46,868 nucleotides of DNA from Candidatus Scalinduaceae bacterium (GCA_046759445.1 JBHICG010000024.1:1-46868); one strand, 5' to 3'. Positions 20,075-29,534 are shown, numbered from the stretch's first letter. A program made the numbers and translations. The notes: generated from the sequence alone by a model not told the origin.

Positions 20075-21205
20075 TTAATTGACCAGAACTTTAACAACAT
20101 CATTGGATAACTCAGTTATTGTTACCTCAATATCCATGAAATATGTTGTACTAATGATATCAGCCAGTGTCTGTGCAGAACCGGTGAATTTTAGAAGGAA
20201 CAGGGCTTTGCTATCCTTGAAATATTGTTGATTTACATGTCTTACCCCAAAGAGGTAGCTTATCCTTCTTTTAAAATCCTTCAACTTGTTATAGTCATTT
20301 ACAGATATTTCCAGATTTATATCCCTTCCATTCAGCAGTGAAGATCCCCAGACTATTGTGATCTCATCTATCAATAAACTACTAATATTCTCTCCTGCCT
20401 TGCTGAAGGCATTCCTGTAAGCAGACTCTCTGTTTGCACCAACGCCATTAATCCTCGTACTCTGTTCCGTCACGATCTTACCAGTCTCGATACTGGTAAC
20501 TTTTATATCCAGGTTAACAATACACCCAATAAGACCAGACATTTCTACCTCAGTGATATTTTCCACCCTTCCCTTGCCTAACATGAGAATTTCGGCCTGC
20601 AACTTATCACTATCGAGACCAATGAAGTTCCCTTTCTCAAAGGCATTAAGAATTTCTTTCTCTGTAAGGTTACCTGTAGAGAAGGGATCAACAATATTAA
20701 ATCCCTTTTTCGTAAGGATTTTTGTAATATGCTCTGCCGCATAGGAATTTCTAATCGTTTCTTGCCCATCTTCATCAATTAGTAGAATAATCCGTGGATT
20801 TCCCATAGCTTCAATAAGGATCTTCATGGCAGTCAAGTCATCTTTTATTGGCTCTATTGATATAACTACATTTACCTTTAAAAGGATTGATTCTTTATCC
20901 TTCTGCTCTTCCAAGATCTCATAGGTATTGATATAACCCTTTGCCTTTGTCATTATTGAATCATCAATTGAAATAGCATTCTGTGTATAGCTTTCTGCCG
21001 TAACAAAGGTTCCAAGTACCTTCCTCACTGCGTTACGGAAAGCGTCTTCAATCGCTCTCTGCCTTGCTGGTGCAACCTTACCATCGTAGATAGGAGATTC
21101 TCCATAGACAATGATGGTTTCTGTTGGTGATTCCACTGCCCATAGGATAGATGTAAGAAAAGACAAGATAATGGTAAAAAGATAAATTGTTGATTTCTGT
21201 TTCAT
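20075..21205 (-). CDS. Exported protein with FlgT N-terminal-like domain
   Basis: GESPI...ARQRAIEDAFRNAVRKVLGTFV...AKGYI..YEILEE pattern; AAAGGA RBS before ATG 21205. Confidence 0.75.
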   Translation of the reverse strand: MKQKSTIYLFTIILSFLTSILWAVESPTETIIVYGESPIYDGKVAPARQRAIEDAFRNAVRKVLGTFVTAESYTQNAISIDDSIMTKAKGYINTYEILEEQKDKESILLKVNVVISIEPIKDDLTAMKILIEAMGNPRIILLIDEDGQETIRNSYAAEHITKILTKKGFNIVDPFSTGNLTEKEILNAFEKGNFIGLDSDKLQAEILMLGKGRVENITEVEMSGLIGCIVNLDIKVTSIETGKIVTEQSTRINGVGANRESAYRNAFSKAGENISSLLIDEITIVWGSSLLNGRDINLEISVNDYNKLKDFKRRISYLFGVRHVNQQYFKDSKALFLLKFTGSAQTLADIISTTYFMDIEVTITELSNDVVKVLVN

Positions 21206-21238
21206 AATAATTATCCTTTCTAATTTATAGACGTTCTT

Positions 21239-21260
21239 GGTGAGCAATGCACACCCTACA
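21239..21260 (-). repeat. GTAG-type REP
   Basis: Minus strand tGTAGggtgtgcattgctcacc: GTAG followed by an imperfect palindrome. Confidence 0.55.
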
Positions 21261-21328
21261 TCTGATTTTTTCTTACAATTATCAAATACAAATCTCTTGG
21301 ATAATATGTAATTATTTTGTGTCTAATG

Positions 21329-22990
21329 CTATCTGTGTAAATCTGTGGTTAAAAGATTGTTAGCCCCTTGATGTCCCGGTCTTAATTCCAACACTGTCTC
21401 AAAGCATTTCCTTGCATCAATTATTTCCCCAATAGCTTTATAGGAAAGCCCTAAGTAATAAAGAGAATCAACATAATAAGGCCCCTCATGAGAGACTCTG
21501 GTTAAGTTATTTATCGCCTCTGTGTACTTTTCCTGTTTTAAGAAACTTAATCCTAGAAAATATCTTGCCTGCCTTAATTCCGGGTTTTCCTGTAGAATTT
21601 CTGAAAAAATCTTTTCTGCCCTTTTGTCTTCATTCCTTTCCAAGAGAACTCTTCCAAGTCCAACTTTGGCATCTATGTAATCAGGTGAAATTTGCAGGGC
21701 TTCTTTATAATGACTTTCTGCATTATTAGGCTTACCAATTTTCAAATACGAGTTTCCAAGGTTGTAATGTGCAAGAAGATGAACAGGTTTAAGAGAAAGA
21801 ACACCACGATATCGTTCAATAGCCTTGTCAATGTAATTTACTTTGTGATAGGCATTTCCAAGTTGGAAGCCGGCATCTATATCCTTAGGGTTTCCCTTTA
21901 AGGATTTCTCAAGATGTTCTATAGACTTCTGAAAATTTTCAATATTGTAATAACTAAGTCCCAGAAAATAATGCGCGTCAGTATAATCATATCCAAGTTC
22001 TATGGCGGTATTCAATTCCTGAATGGCCCCTTTATAAAAGCCTTTATAAAAATACCATTCACCCAGTAGTTCATGTTCTATGCTAGATTCGGCGTATTTC
22101 AGATCGAACTGAAAAATTTCATCATTTCCTTCGTTTATGATATAGGCATTGTTATTGCAATAAGTAATGGATGAAGGCTGTTTAAGGAATTCCTTAACAA
22201 GAAGGTGTTCTTTTATCAATCTTCCCGTGTTATCAAACTGATAAAGGGTATTGTTTAGATAATCGGTAATAAAGAGTCTATCACTTGCATCAATGGCAAT
22301 ACCTGATGGTAACATTAGTTTATCTTCTCCATAATCAATCTTTTCAAATTCAAATATTTCACGTGTTGTGGTTATTTTTAAAATTTTTCCAAGTCCTTTA
22401 TCTATGACATAAATGTTTCCCTCTAAGTCTAAATCTAAAGAGATAACGGAAGAATCTTGCAGTTCCAGACCGATCTGAATGGACTCAATGGTCTTACCAT
22501 CAGGTTTGAATATGTGAACTTTAGGCCCTATCACGTCCAAAACATATATATTATTATCTGCATCCATGGCCACATCCACAGGACGTTCCATACTCCCACC
22601 AAATCTACCGATTCTCTTTTTGATATTTCCATCAGGATCAATAACAAGGATTGTACGAAGGTCAGGGTTGGCAATATATATATTGTCAGTGGAATCTATA
22701 CAAACTCCATAAGGTGTAAATGGTTTGTCTTTATAATCCAGTTTAACCTGGACAACTTCAATGTTTCTCGTTACCGGAACAATCTTTAACAATCTATGAT
22801 TGTCACCGTCTGCAATAATAATCTTTCCTTGTGAGTTTACGGTTATATCATTGTGAGTTCCCAGGGTAAGTTTTTTGTATACTCCAACCATATCAAAATA
22901 GGGTGTGCTGGTTTCTCCGAAGGAATTTAAAGCATATCCTGTGAATATAAAGAATGATATTAAGGCTATTTTTGATCTTAATGGTTTCAT
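21329..22990 (-). CDS. Exported NHL beta-propeller + TPR protein
   Basis: Repeats PYGVCIDSTDNIYI, PVDVAMDADNNIYV, PSGIAIDASDRLFI followed by several TPRs (AHYFLGLSY, AHYNLGNSY). Confidence 0.9.
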   Translation of the reverse strand: MKPLRSKIALISFFIFTGYALNSFGETSTPYFDMVGVYKKLTLGTHNDITVNSQGKIIIADGDNHRLLKIVPVTRNIEVVQVKLDYKDKPFTPYGVCIDSTDNIYIANPDLRTILVIDPDGNIKKRIGRFGGSMERPVDVAMDADNNIYVLDVIGPKVHIFKPDGKTIESIQIGLELQDSSVISLDLDLEGNIYVIDKGLGKILKITTTREIFEFEKIDYGEDKLMLPSGIAIDASDRLFITDYLNNTLYQFDNTGRLIKEHLLVKEFLKQPSSITYCNNNAYIINEGNDEIFQFDLKYAESSIEHELLGEWYFYKGFYKGAIQELNTAIELGYDYTDAHYFLGLSYYNIENFQKSIEHLEKSLKGNPKDIDAGFQLGNAYHKVNYIDKAIERYRGVLSLKPVHLLAHYNLGNSYLKIGKPNNAESHYKEALQISPDYIDAKVGLGRVLLERNEDKRAEKIFSEILQENPELRQARYFLGLSFLKQEKYTEAINNLTRVSHEGPYYVDSLYYLGLSYKAIGEIIDARKCFETVLELRPGHQGANNLLTTDLHR

Positions 22991-23072
22991 TGATTATACT
23001 GCCAATCAAAATCTAACAAAAGCATTCTAAAAAAAGAATTCTAACCTAAATGATTATTATGCCATTAACTTT

Positions 23073-24185
23073 CTACCTCTTTTTTGGTTCTATCTCACTA
23101 ATCGAGACATTAAACGACGATTCCCCAATTAAATTATTTCTTCTGTCATATTTAAGATCTCCATAATCGTCAACTGCCAAAATCACATGCTCGCTGGTAA
23201 ATGAGAAAGAAGAGCCGGGCTGTCTTATTCTTTCTCTTGGTTTAAAACGAAGTGAAACGGTACTTGGAACGTCTTGCGTAAGTTCAAGTGGTGGTATGTT
23301 GTTATGTCTACCTGTAGCTCCTGCTCTAATACCACTTGCCTCCTCAAGTCTATATTCATTGCCTCGAACGTCTGTTAAATATGTGGAAATTTGTGACTCC
23401 CATGCCTGCGTAGGTAAGCTCAAGTACAAATTTTGTTTGGTCTTATTAATATATTTAAGGAAAATTACTACATTATTGTTTTGCATTACCTGTAATCCCA
23501 TCACCTCCACTCTAAGGTCTTTAAACTCTTGGAATTTTGTACCTAACTTTGTTTGTTGTGCTGGTCGTTGAGAAGAACGTGCGGAAATTGCTGTTTCTAT
23601 GCTAGATTGCGTATTAACCATTTCCTTTTCCATAAGTTTTGCCACAATGCCTATTTTAGGAATGCTTGTCCTTGCCACTGCAAAGACCCTGGCGGTTTCA
23701 ATCCCAATCACTCTGGCATTGATTTTAATATTACTCTCAAGGTCTGTCATTGAACCTGTAACGATAGCGTCAATACCTAATATCTTACCTACGCTTTCCA
23801 TTGCCTTTGCATCAAGGAGTCCGCTCATTGTGAGCCTTTGCTCACTCAGTACCTTCATCAACTGCCGTCTCTCCACAACCTCAAACTGGCCTGGGCTGGT
23901 AAGAAACAGTTCTGTGATCAATTCCTCAGCCAAATGTTGACCGAAGGCTGTTACCACTCCATCAAGGTTGCTGAACTCCACCACGGCGATCTTCTTTTTT
24001 CCAGTCTTGATTATGTTGTTTGAGATTTGCTGTGCCAGTTGCTTTATACCCTCCTCTAAGTTCGAGGCAGCAAACGTTGATGAAGGATGAACACAGATAA
24101 GGCATAAAAACGCAACCATGATAATGAGGCTATATGACTTTTTCTTGATAATGACAACAAACATATGAGGTATTTGTTTGCTCAT
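23073..24185 (-). CDS. Exported FlgO/CsgG-fold protein with C-terminal beta-sandwich domain
   Basis: KIAVVEFSNLDG...FGQHLAEEL...FEVVERRQL..VLSEQ...GKILGIDAIVTGS...INARVI. Confidence 0.82.
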   Translation of the reverse strand: MSKQIPHMFVVIIKKKSYSLIIMVAFLCLICVHPSSTFAASNLEEGIKQLAQQISNNIIKTGKKKIAVVEFSNLDGVVTAFGQHLAEELITELFLTSPGQFEVVERRQLMKVLSEQRLTMSGLLDAKAMESVGKILGIDAIVTGSMTDLESNIKINARVIGIETARVFAVARTSIPKIGIVAKLMEKEMVNTQSSIETAISARSSQRPAQQTKLGTKFQEFKDLRVEVMGLQVMQNNNVVIFLKYINKTKQNLYLSLPTQAWESQISTYLTDVRGNEYRLEEASGIRAGATGRHNNIPPLELTQDVPSTVSLRFKPRERIRQPGSSFSFTSEHVILAVDDYGDLKYDRRNNLIGESSFNVSISEIEPKKR

Positions 24186-24290
24186 ATTGAGTTTCTCCTT
24201 TCAATTTTGGGAACGATATGGTGGTATTACATACCTGACCAAATCTGCGGTCTATCAGTGGCAGGCAAGTCAATTCTATAATGCTGATTA

Positions 24291-24349
24291 TTGCCAGGAT
24301 AACAGGATGAGCTATTCAATATAGTTTGGTTAAATCCATGTTACCCTGG
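24291..24349. repeat. CAGGATAACAGGAT inverted-repeat family, copy 1
   Basis: ttgccaggataacaggat ... atccatgttaccctgg; related copies at 41924-42014 and 44743-44770. Confidence 0.6.
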
Positions 24350-24375
24350 TGAGCGGTAAAGAGTTTTCTAAATTA

Positions 24376-25386
24376 TTAATCAATAACAACCACTACCTTG
24401 GCCTCTCCAAGAATACCGCCTTTGCTGTCAGCTTGAAAGATCTTCTGCGCGTCAGAGTCTGATACTACGATATCGGCATTGTATTTTCCATTAATTTTTT
24501 GAGCCTTGATAATCAGTGGATTATTGCCGATACGGGCCACCTGCTTTGCTGCATCAATACTCTTCCTGTAACCCGTAAGACCCTCCTCAATAGTAGCATT
24601 CGGATTAGCACTGGCCACATCGTATACCGATTCTCCTTTTTCATCAAGTACCCTGGGGTACATGGCTGGTTTGGCTCCCAATCCCATTGCATCGATGATG
24701 AGCCCTGTGTAATTCTCAGCTTTTTTAGTGATCGACTCCTGCGCGGGTTCAATAGCTGATGATATCGCACTCCTCTTTGAGTGACTTACGACTCTTACAT
24801 TTCGTACTCTTTCCATTTGCACAGGTAAAAGGACAGAACCAAGCCCTTTTGCCCCATCCATGGACATCTTCATCATAACCTGATAGCTTCCATCTTCGAA
24901 CTGTTTGATCTCTTCTACTTCAGCGTTTTTAACCATACCTGACACTCTGGTGCGCACTACTCTATTTTCGTTAATATAGTTTCTGGTGGTGGATTCAGCA
25001 TCCACTCTAACCTCATTGGCCATTTCAACCATTCTGCCATAAGCTTCATCTATAGCCGCTCTCTTTGACCTCACCCTGGCCTGAGCAGCGCTAACAACGT
25101 CAGGTGGCATAACACCGTCACCAACTGAATAAATGACCCTGTTTTCCCAATCAATCCTTCCTATCATGTCACCACCTTCAAGAACATTGACCTGTTCTAC
25201 TACTTGTTTGCCAGTTTCGAGATTAGTGGTATTTACTGATGTTTCAGTCTCCATGGAGCCTTTGTTTTCTTCCTGAGAATAAACATTTGAAGTGCCAAAC
25301 ATAGCTAAAGACATAATCAAACTAAAAATACAACTATTCAAAAAGACCTGAAAAATATTTGTTTTCCTAAGATAATTGTTCCTCAT
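24376..25386 (-). CDS. Exported LPP20/FlgP-like domain protein
   Basis: IDWENRVIYSVGDG...ARVRSKRAAIDEAY...VSGMVKNA, then YTGLIIDA...PAMYPRV; GGAGGA RBS before ATG 25386. Confidence 0.75.
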   Translation of the reverse strand: MRNNYLRKTNIFQVFLNSCIFSLIMSLAMFGTSNVYSQEENKGSMETETSVNTTNLETGKQVVEQVNVLEGGDMIGRIDWENRVIYSVGDGVMPPDVVSAAQARVRSKRAAIDEAYGRMVEMANEVRVDAESTTRNYINENRVVRTRVSGMVKNAEVEEIKQFEDGSYQVMMKMSMDGAKGLGSVLLPVQMERVRNVRVVSHSKRSAISSAIEPAQESITKKAENYTGLIIDAMGLGAKPAMYPRVLDEKGESVYDVASANPNATIEEGLTGYRKSIDAAKQVARIGNNPLIIKAQKINGKYNADIVVSDSDAQKIFQADSKGGILGEAKVVVVID

Positions 25387-25551
25387 TTTACTTTCCTCCA
25401 TTTCTGATTGTTTTAATTTATAGAAATTTCAAGTCATAAATGTAAACATTCTTTTACGTGATAACTGATCTGTATTAAAGATTACTAAAGACTTACTATC
25501 ATGTCATATTACATCACCTCCTTTAACATATATATGATGAATTTTTCATGC

Positions 25552-27825
25552 TTATTGTTCAATTTTTGATCTTATTTTTCTTGCTACAATTTCTGCAAGG
25601 TCATTAATCTTCTTTTTCCCATGAGTTTTATGGTGTTCAATAGTTACAATTTCTGTTGTTTTGACATTAACAACTCGGATATCTACTTCTAAAGTATTTT
25701 CAAAGATTCTGTAACTTCCATATATAATATAGTCTGCCTTCGCTGCCTTTCCTATATTCATTGCATTAACGGAATCAGATAGCTTGTAGAATCCAATTTC
25801 CATTGATTTTGCTTCTGCGTCCAGTGTAAAGCTATTGATAATCTTCAAATCTTGTTTTTCTACTAATTTCTGTCCTATAATCCAGGCAATGGCTTCACCT
25901 TCTCCTATCCTTGTTAGATGTCCGCCATCAAATGAAAGAGAAAACAGAAGAATTGTTGCTGAGCTTTTACCATCATTTATCTCAGGCTTACTAGAAATAA
26001 TTTCCATGTAGTAATGGGCAAGCTCTTCATCTTGTCTAAAATCAATTACTTTTCTTAGAAAAGATTTGGCATCATTTTCTTTATCTAACCTCCAGGATAA
26101 AACACCAAGGTTAAAGAGGGTATCACTGTTTTCCGGTTCTAAGGATAGAGCCTTTTGAAAATACTCACTTGATTTTTCAATTTTACCTTCACTGAGAAAG
26201 CCGATGGCAAGGGCGTTGTTAGCCCTGGCTTTTTGCCAGTTAAGTGCGTCATTAATTTCAAGGGCTTGATAATACTCTGTAAGAGCCTCTTCCTTCTTGC
26301 CTTCTGTAAAAAGGATATCTCCTTGTACAACATAACTCATCACATTTTTGGTATCCCCTACAAGAGATATTTTGATCATTTCACGAGCCTTATCTATATC
26401 TCCTTTCTCAAAATATAAAGCAGCCAAACCATCATAGCCCAATCCAAGTTGATTATTATCATTTACTATTAACTCTTCAAAAATTTTCATCGCTTCCTGA
26501 GATTTTCCTGATTTATAAATTTTATAAGCATCTTCATATTGTTTAACCAAATAGGTGTTTTCAGGGTCTGTAAAGAATGAATAATCAATTGCAGAATTAT
26601 ATGAAGACCAATTAAACCATGTGAGATATCCAATAATAAGAATAACAGAAACACCCAGCATGAGAGAATATTTCTTAAAATTTAAGGTAAAGGCAGTGAG
26701 AATATTTGAAGAAGTGTTCGTTATATAGACTCTTGCTGCCTCATCAAGAATCTTTTCTTCTTTTGTTGCAATTGTAGTAGCAGGATCACCATAATGTATA
26801 TAGCTTGCCCATAGAAGATCTCCTAAATCTCTTTCCTTAAGCACCTCATTTTTGGCTTTCTGGAGAGATTTTCCGACGCTTTCCCCAAGAATTAGTTCTT
26901 TATAAAATTTAGATGCGAAACTTGCACTTCCTTCATCGTGAATAACCCATAAAGGGCCTATAAAGTTCTGGACACCTGACATAAGGAAACCGTTTCCTAT
27001 CCCAAAGGTCTTTTCTTCATATAGATATCCTGTTTCCCAATTGGTTGTGGCCAGTGATTGACAAGCGTTGGAAAATACAAGTATGGGGCTTGTATCCATC
27101 CGTCCCATTTCTTGTGAGGTTAGTATTCCTTCCTTAAGAATCCATCCACTTCTTTCAGGATTCTTTTCATCAAAAAAAGCATGGCCAATGTAATGGATTA
27201 GATCCTTGTTTTTCATTTCTGAAATCAAGCTTAGTTTGTCAGCCTGCCTTCCTCCTATCAGTTCAATTTCTATATTGGGATTATCTTCTAAGATCACACA
27301 TAAGGATTCAGCTTCATGCTGAGCATGTTTAAGGCTTTCTGTTGGGTCGATGATGATAAGCATTTTCAAGGGGGCTTGACTATCTTCTCTATGTTGTCTT
27401 TTCCGGAGGAATTGATCTGTGCGAACTTGTCTGCCAATCATAAATTTTAAGGTTAAGAAGTCTTTCCCATCGAAACAGAGTTCCCATGGAATGTAGATCA
27501 ATTGATCATCAAGTTTTAAATAAAGTTCTGTATTCTCTCCCTTTTGTAGATATCTTTGAACATTTGCAGGTAAAAGTTGTGTGAACAGAATGCTTCCTAT
27601 CTTCTTTAATTCCTCCTGAACGATCTGTCCAGCTTTGTTGTCCATCTCATAAAACATCTTATTTGCAAGAAGCGTAATCCGGTTGATCTCTCTACAAATT
27701 CCATCTAGAAATTCTTTTTCAACCTTAATTTCACCTTTTGAGGAGATGGGCCCCTTTTCCTCTATGTCTACAATGTTTGTGTTTCCATGACGATATATAG
27801 TTATGTACTTAGGCATATTGGCCAA
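25552..27825 (-). CDS. Membrane-anchored CHAT (caspase/HetF-like) protease with periplasmic TPRs and C-terminal FlgO/CsgG-like domain
   Basis: YIPWEL, IHYIGH (catalytic His) and LVFSNACQS (catalytic Cys), WASYIHYGDP; one TM (YSLMLGVSVILIIGYLTWF); TPRs; IGKAAKADYIIYGSY...VDIRVVNVKT. TTG 27825 is 9 nt after AGGAGG (ORF track starts at 27834). Confidence 0.9.
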   Translation of the reverse strand: MANMPKYITIYRHGNTNIVDIEEKGPISSKGEIKVEKEFLDGICREINRITLLANKMFYEMDNKAGQIVQEELKKIGSILFTQLLPANVQRYLQKGENTELYLKLDDQLIYIPWELCFDGKDFLTLKFMIGRQVRTDQFLRKRQHREDSQAPLKMLIIIDPTESLKHAQHEAESLCVILEDNPNIEIELIGGRQADKLSLISEMKNKDLIHYIGHAFFDEKNPERSGWILKEGILTSQEMGRMDTSPILVFSNACQSLATTNWETGYLYEEKTFGIGNGFLMSGVQNFIGPLWVIHDEGSASFASKFYKELILGESVGKSLQKAKNEVLKERDLGDLLWASYIHYGDPATTIATKEEKILDEAARVYITNTSSNILTAFTLNFKKYSLMLGVSVILIIGYLTWFNWSSYNSAIDYSFFTDPENTYLVKQYEDAYKIYKSGKSQEAMKIFEELIVNDNNQLGLGYDGLAALYFEKGDIDKAREMIKISLVGDTKNVMSYVVQGDILFTEGKKEEALTEYYQALEINDALNWQKARANNALAIGFLSEGKIEKSSEYFQKALSLEPENSDTLFNLGVLSWRLDKENDAKSFLRKVIDFRQDEELAHYYMEIISSKPEINDGKSSATILLFSLSFDGGHLTRIGEGEAIAWIIGQKLVEKQDLKIINSFTLDAEAKSMEIGFYKLSDSVNAMNIGKAAKADYIIYGSYRIFENTLEVDIRVVNVKTTEIVTIEHHKTHGKKKINDLAEIVARKIRSKIEQ

Positions 27826-27839
27826 TAGAAACAACCTCC

Positions 27840-28532
27840 TTATTTTTTTTCGAGTGGTAAAAAACGAAATCTCATTTCTAAATCTTCCTTGGGGATTTTG
27901 ATCGTATAATAACCCATGGTTATATTGGGAAATTCGGCGTTGCCATGGCTTGAAGTGTTCCTGGAGAGAAGGAGTCGGTTATCCATGTAGAGGGTAATTC
28001 TTGCTTTCTTTAATGGGATTTCATCTTTCATTATAAGAACTTTCATTGATGCCCTAATACCTTCTCCGCGAATAAGCTCAACCTTGATATTAATATTTTC
28101 TATCTTTTGCTCAATATTAAGGCTTTCCTCTTTTTCTTCCATTCCTTTTCTAAAGGCATGCGCAGGGATAAGATTATTGCCAATGTTTACTTCAACGCCT
28201 TCTGGTAGAAGGCTGGTCTTAACAAATTTTAAACCTCGTTCTGTAAGAGATATTATGTATTCGGTAACCTTTTTTTGGGTTGATACGGTTCTCTCTCTTT
28301 CTGATACCAACTTAATAACTTTCTCCATTAATTCTGCTGGAACAGGAGAATTTTCATCTTGTGACATGGCCCTTAATGATCGTTTAAAATGTACAACCTC
28401 TTTTAGGCAAGGATCACAATCAATCAGGTGTTTCTCTATTACTTCTTTCTCATCACCAATAATGGCGCCCACCGTATAGTTATAAAGCTCCTGATCTTTT
28501 GGACATTCTTTAGTATTTTGTTCATTTGTCAT
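27840..28532 (-). CDS. zf-HC2 (ZAS) anti-sigma factor, soluble, with C-terminal beta-sandwich
   Basis: C-P...EKHLIDCDPC (HxxxCxxC); no TM; lies directly after the ECF sigma gene. Confidence 0.85.
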   Translation of the reverse strand: MTNEQNTKECPKDQELYNYTVGAIIGDEKEVIEKHLIDCDPCLKEVVHFKRSLRAMSQDENSPVPAELMEKVIKLVSERERTVSTQKKVTEYIISLTERGLKFVKTSLLPEGVEVNIGNNLIPAHAFRKGMEEKEESLNIEQKIENINIKVELIRGEGIRASMKVLIMKDEIPLKKARITLYMDNRLLLSRNTSSHGNAEFPNITMGYYTIKIPKEDLEMRFRFLPLEKK

Positions 28533-28589
28533 AACATCATGCTTTCCATATAGCCACAGTTCACATTTCCTTATAATTAATAAATAATT

Positions 28590-29534
28590 TTAAGAAATTT
28601 GTTGTTCTCTGTTCTGTAAATCATTTAATATCTCATTTAATCTTGCCCTGGCGTTCTTAATTTTTGATGACACTGTTCCTACCGACACATTGAGAAGTTT
28701 AGCTATTTCCCTATAAGATACCTTAGGGGAAGACTCCCGATATTTCTTCAGGAGTTTTTCCTTCTGTTTCTTTCTCCATAATACTTTTCTTTCCAGTTCA
28801 TTCTTATTAATAACCAATTGCTCTACTTCTATGGTACTTTTAAACTTATTATTCTTTAGTTTCTTAATATGCTTTTCATAGATAAGTATCCAGTAGTTAA
28901 TCTTATCCAACTCCTCTCTCTTCTTTTTGTAAAGTTCATAACGTTTTGATAGGGATTCTTCCAGATTAAATATATTTTCTGTAGTCTCTTGCAGATTCCT
29001 TCCTGAAATCCTTGAAATGACCCTAATATCTTCAGATTCTATGTCAATCTCCGAAAAGGAGAGAAGGTTAAGATATATCCTTTCGTCATCATCCAATCTT
29101 TTTATTGCGACCTCAATCTTTCTTAGATCTTCTTTTTCCTCTATTTCTTCCTTTGTGGTGGATATAGGGTCTTTCAGAATATCTCTCATTACCATTTCAC
29201 CTACTCCTTCATTGCCTTGGAGCGGGAAATCTATGGAATATATGGACATCTCAACATCCGGTTTGCGTATCCATTCTTTAAAAAGGTGATCTAATATTAG
29301 AAACTGAAAAGAACGGATTTTGCACTCTCCACGAAAAGTAATAAATCTCTTGTAGATTCTATCCTTCTCAAAACAGTAACAGTAAAAGTCCGCAGCCCTT
29401 TCTTCGTCTAGCTTATGAACCTTTATAGGAAAATTATAAATATCTTCTCCAAAGATATCCTGGAATGTCCTTATAGCTTGGATATCTCCTTTACAACAAA
29501 GGCTTAAAAGGCTCTTTAAATCGTCGAGTTCCAG
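28590..29534 (-). CDS. ECF-type sigma-70 factor with long insertion before the region-4 HTH; CTG start
   Basis: The frame stays open 95 codons upstream of ATG 29249 and encodes a region-2-like segment (DEERAADFYCY...FRGECKIRSF...ILDHLFKEWIRK). AAGGAG lies 7 nt before CTG 29534, with an in-frame TAA just upstream. C-terminal SYREIAKLLNVSVGTVSSKIKNARARL. Confidence 0.87.
   Translation of the reverse strand: MELDDLKSLLSLCCKGDIQAIRTFQDIFGEDIYNFPIKVHKLDEERAADFYCYCFEKDRIYKRFITFRGECKIRSFQFLILDHLFKEWIRKPDVEMSIYSIDFPLQGNEGVGEMVMRDILKDPISTTKEEIEEKEDLRKIEVAIKRLDDDERIYLNLLSFSEIDIESEDIRVISRISGRNLQETTENIFNLEESLSKRYELYKKKREELDKINYWILIYEKHIKKLKNNKFKSTIEVEQLVINKNELERKVLWRKKQKEKLLKKYRESSPKVSYREIAKLLNVSVGTVSSKIKNARARLNEILNDLQNREQQIS

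Noticed and set aside
25552..29534. Type III-E CRISPR (Craspase) locus
   Set aside because: CHAT plus ECF sigma are present, but there is no gRAMP/cas gene and no repeat-spacer array. The CHAT domain is N-terminal and membrane-anchored, unlike Csx29.
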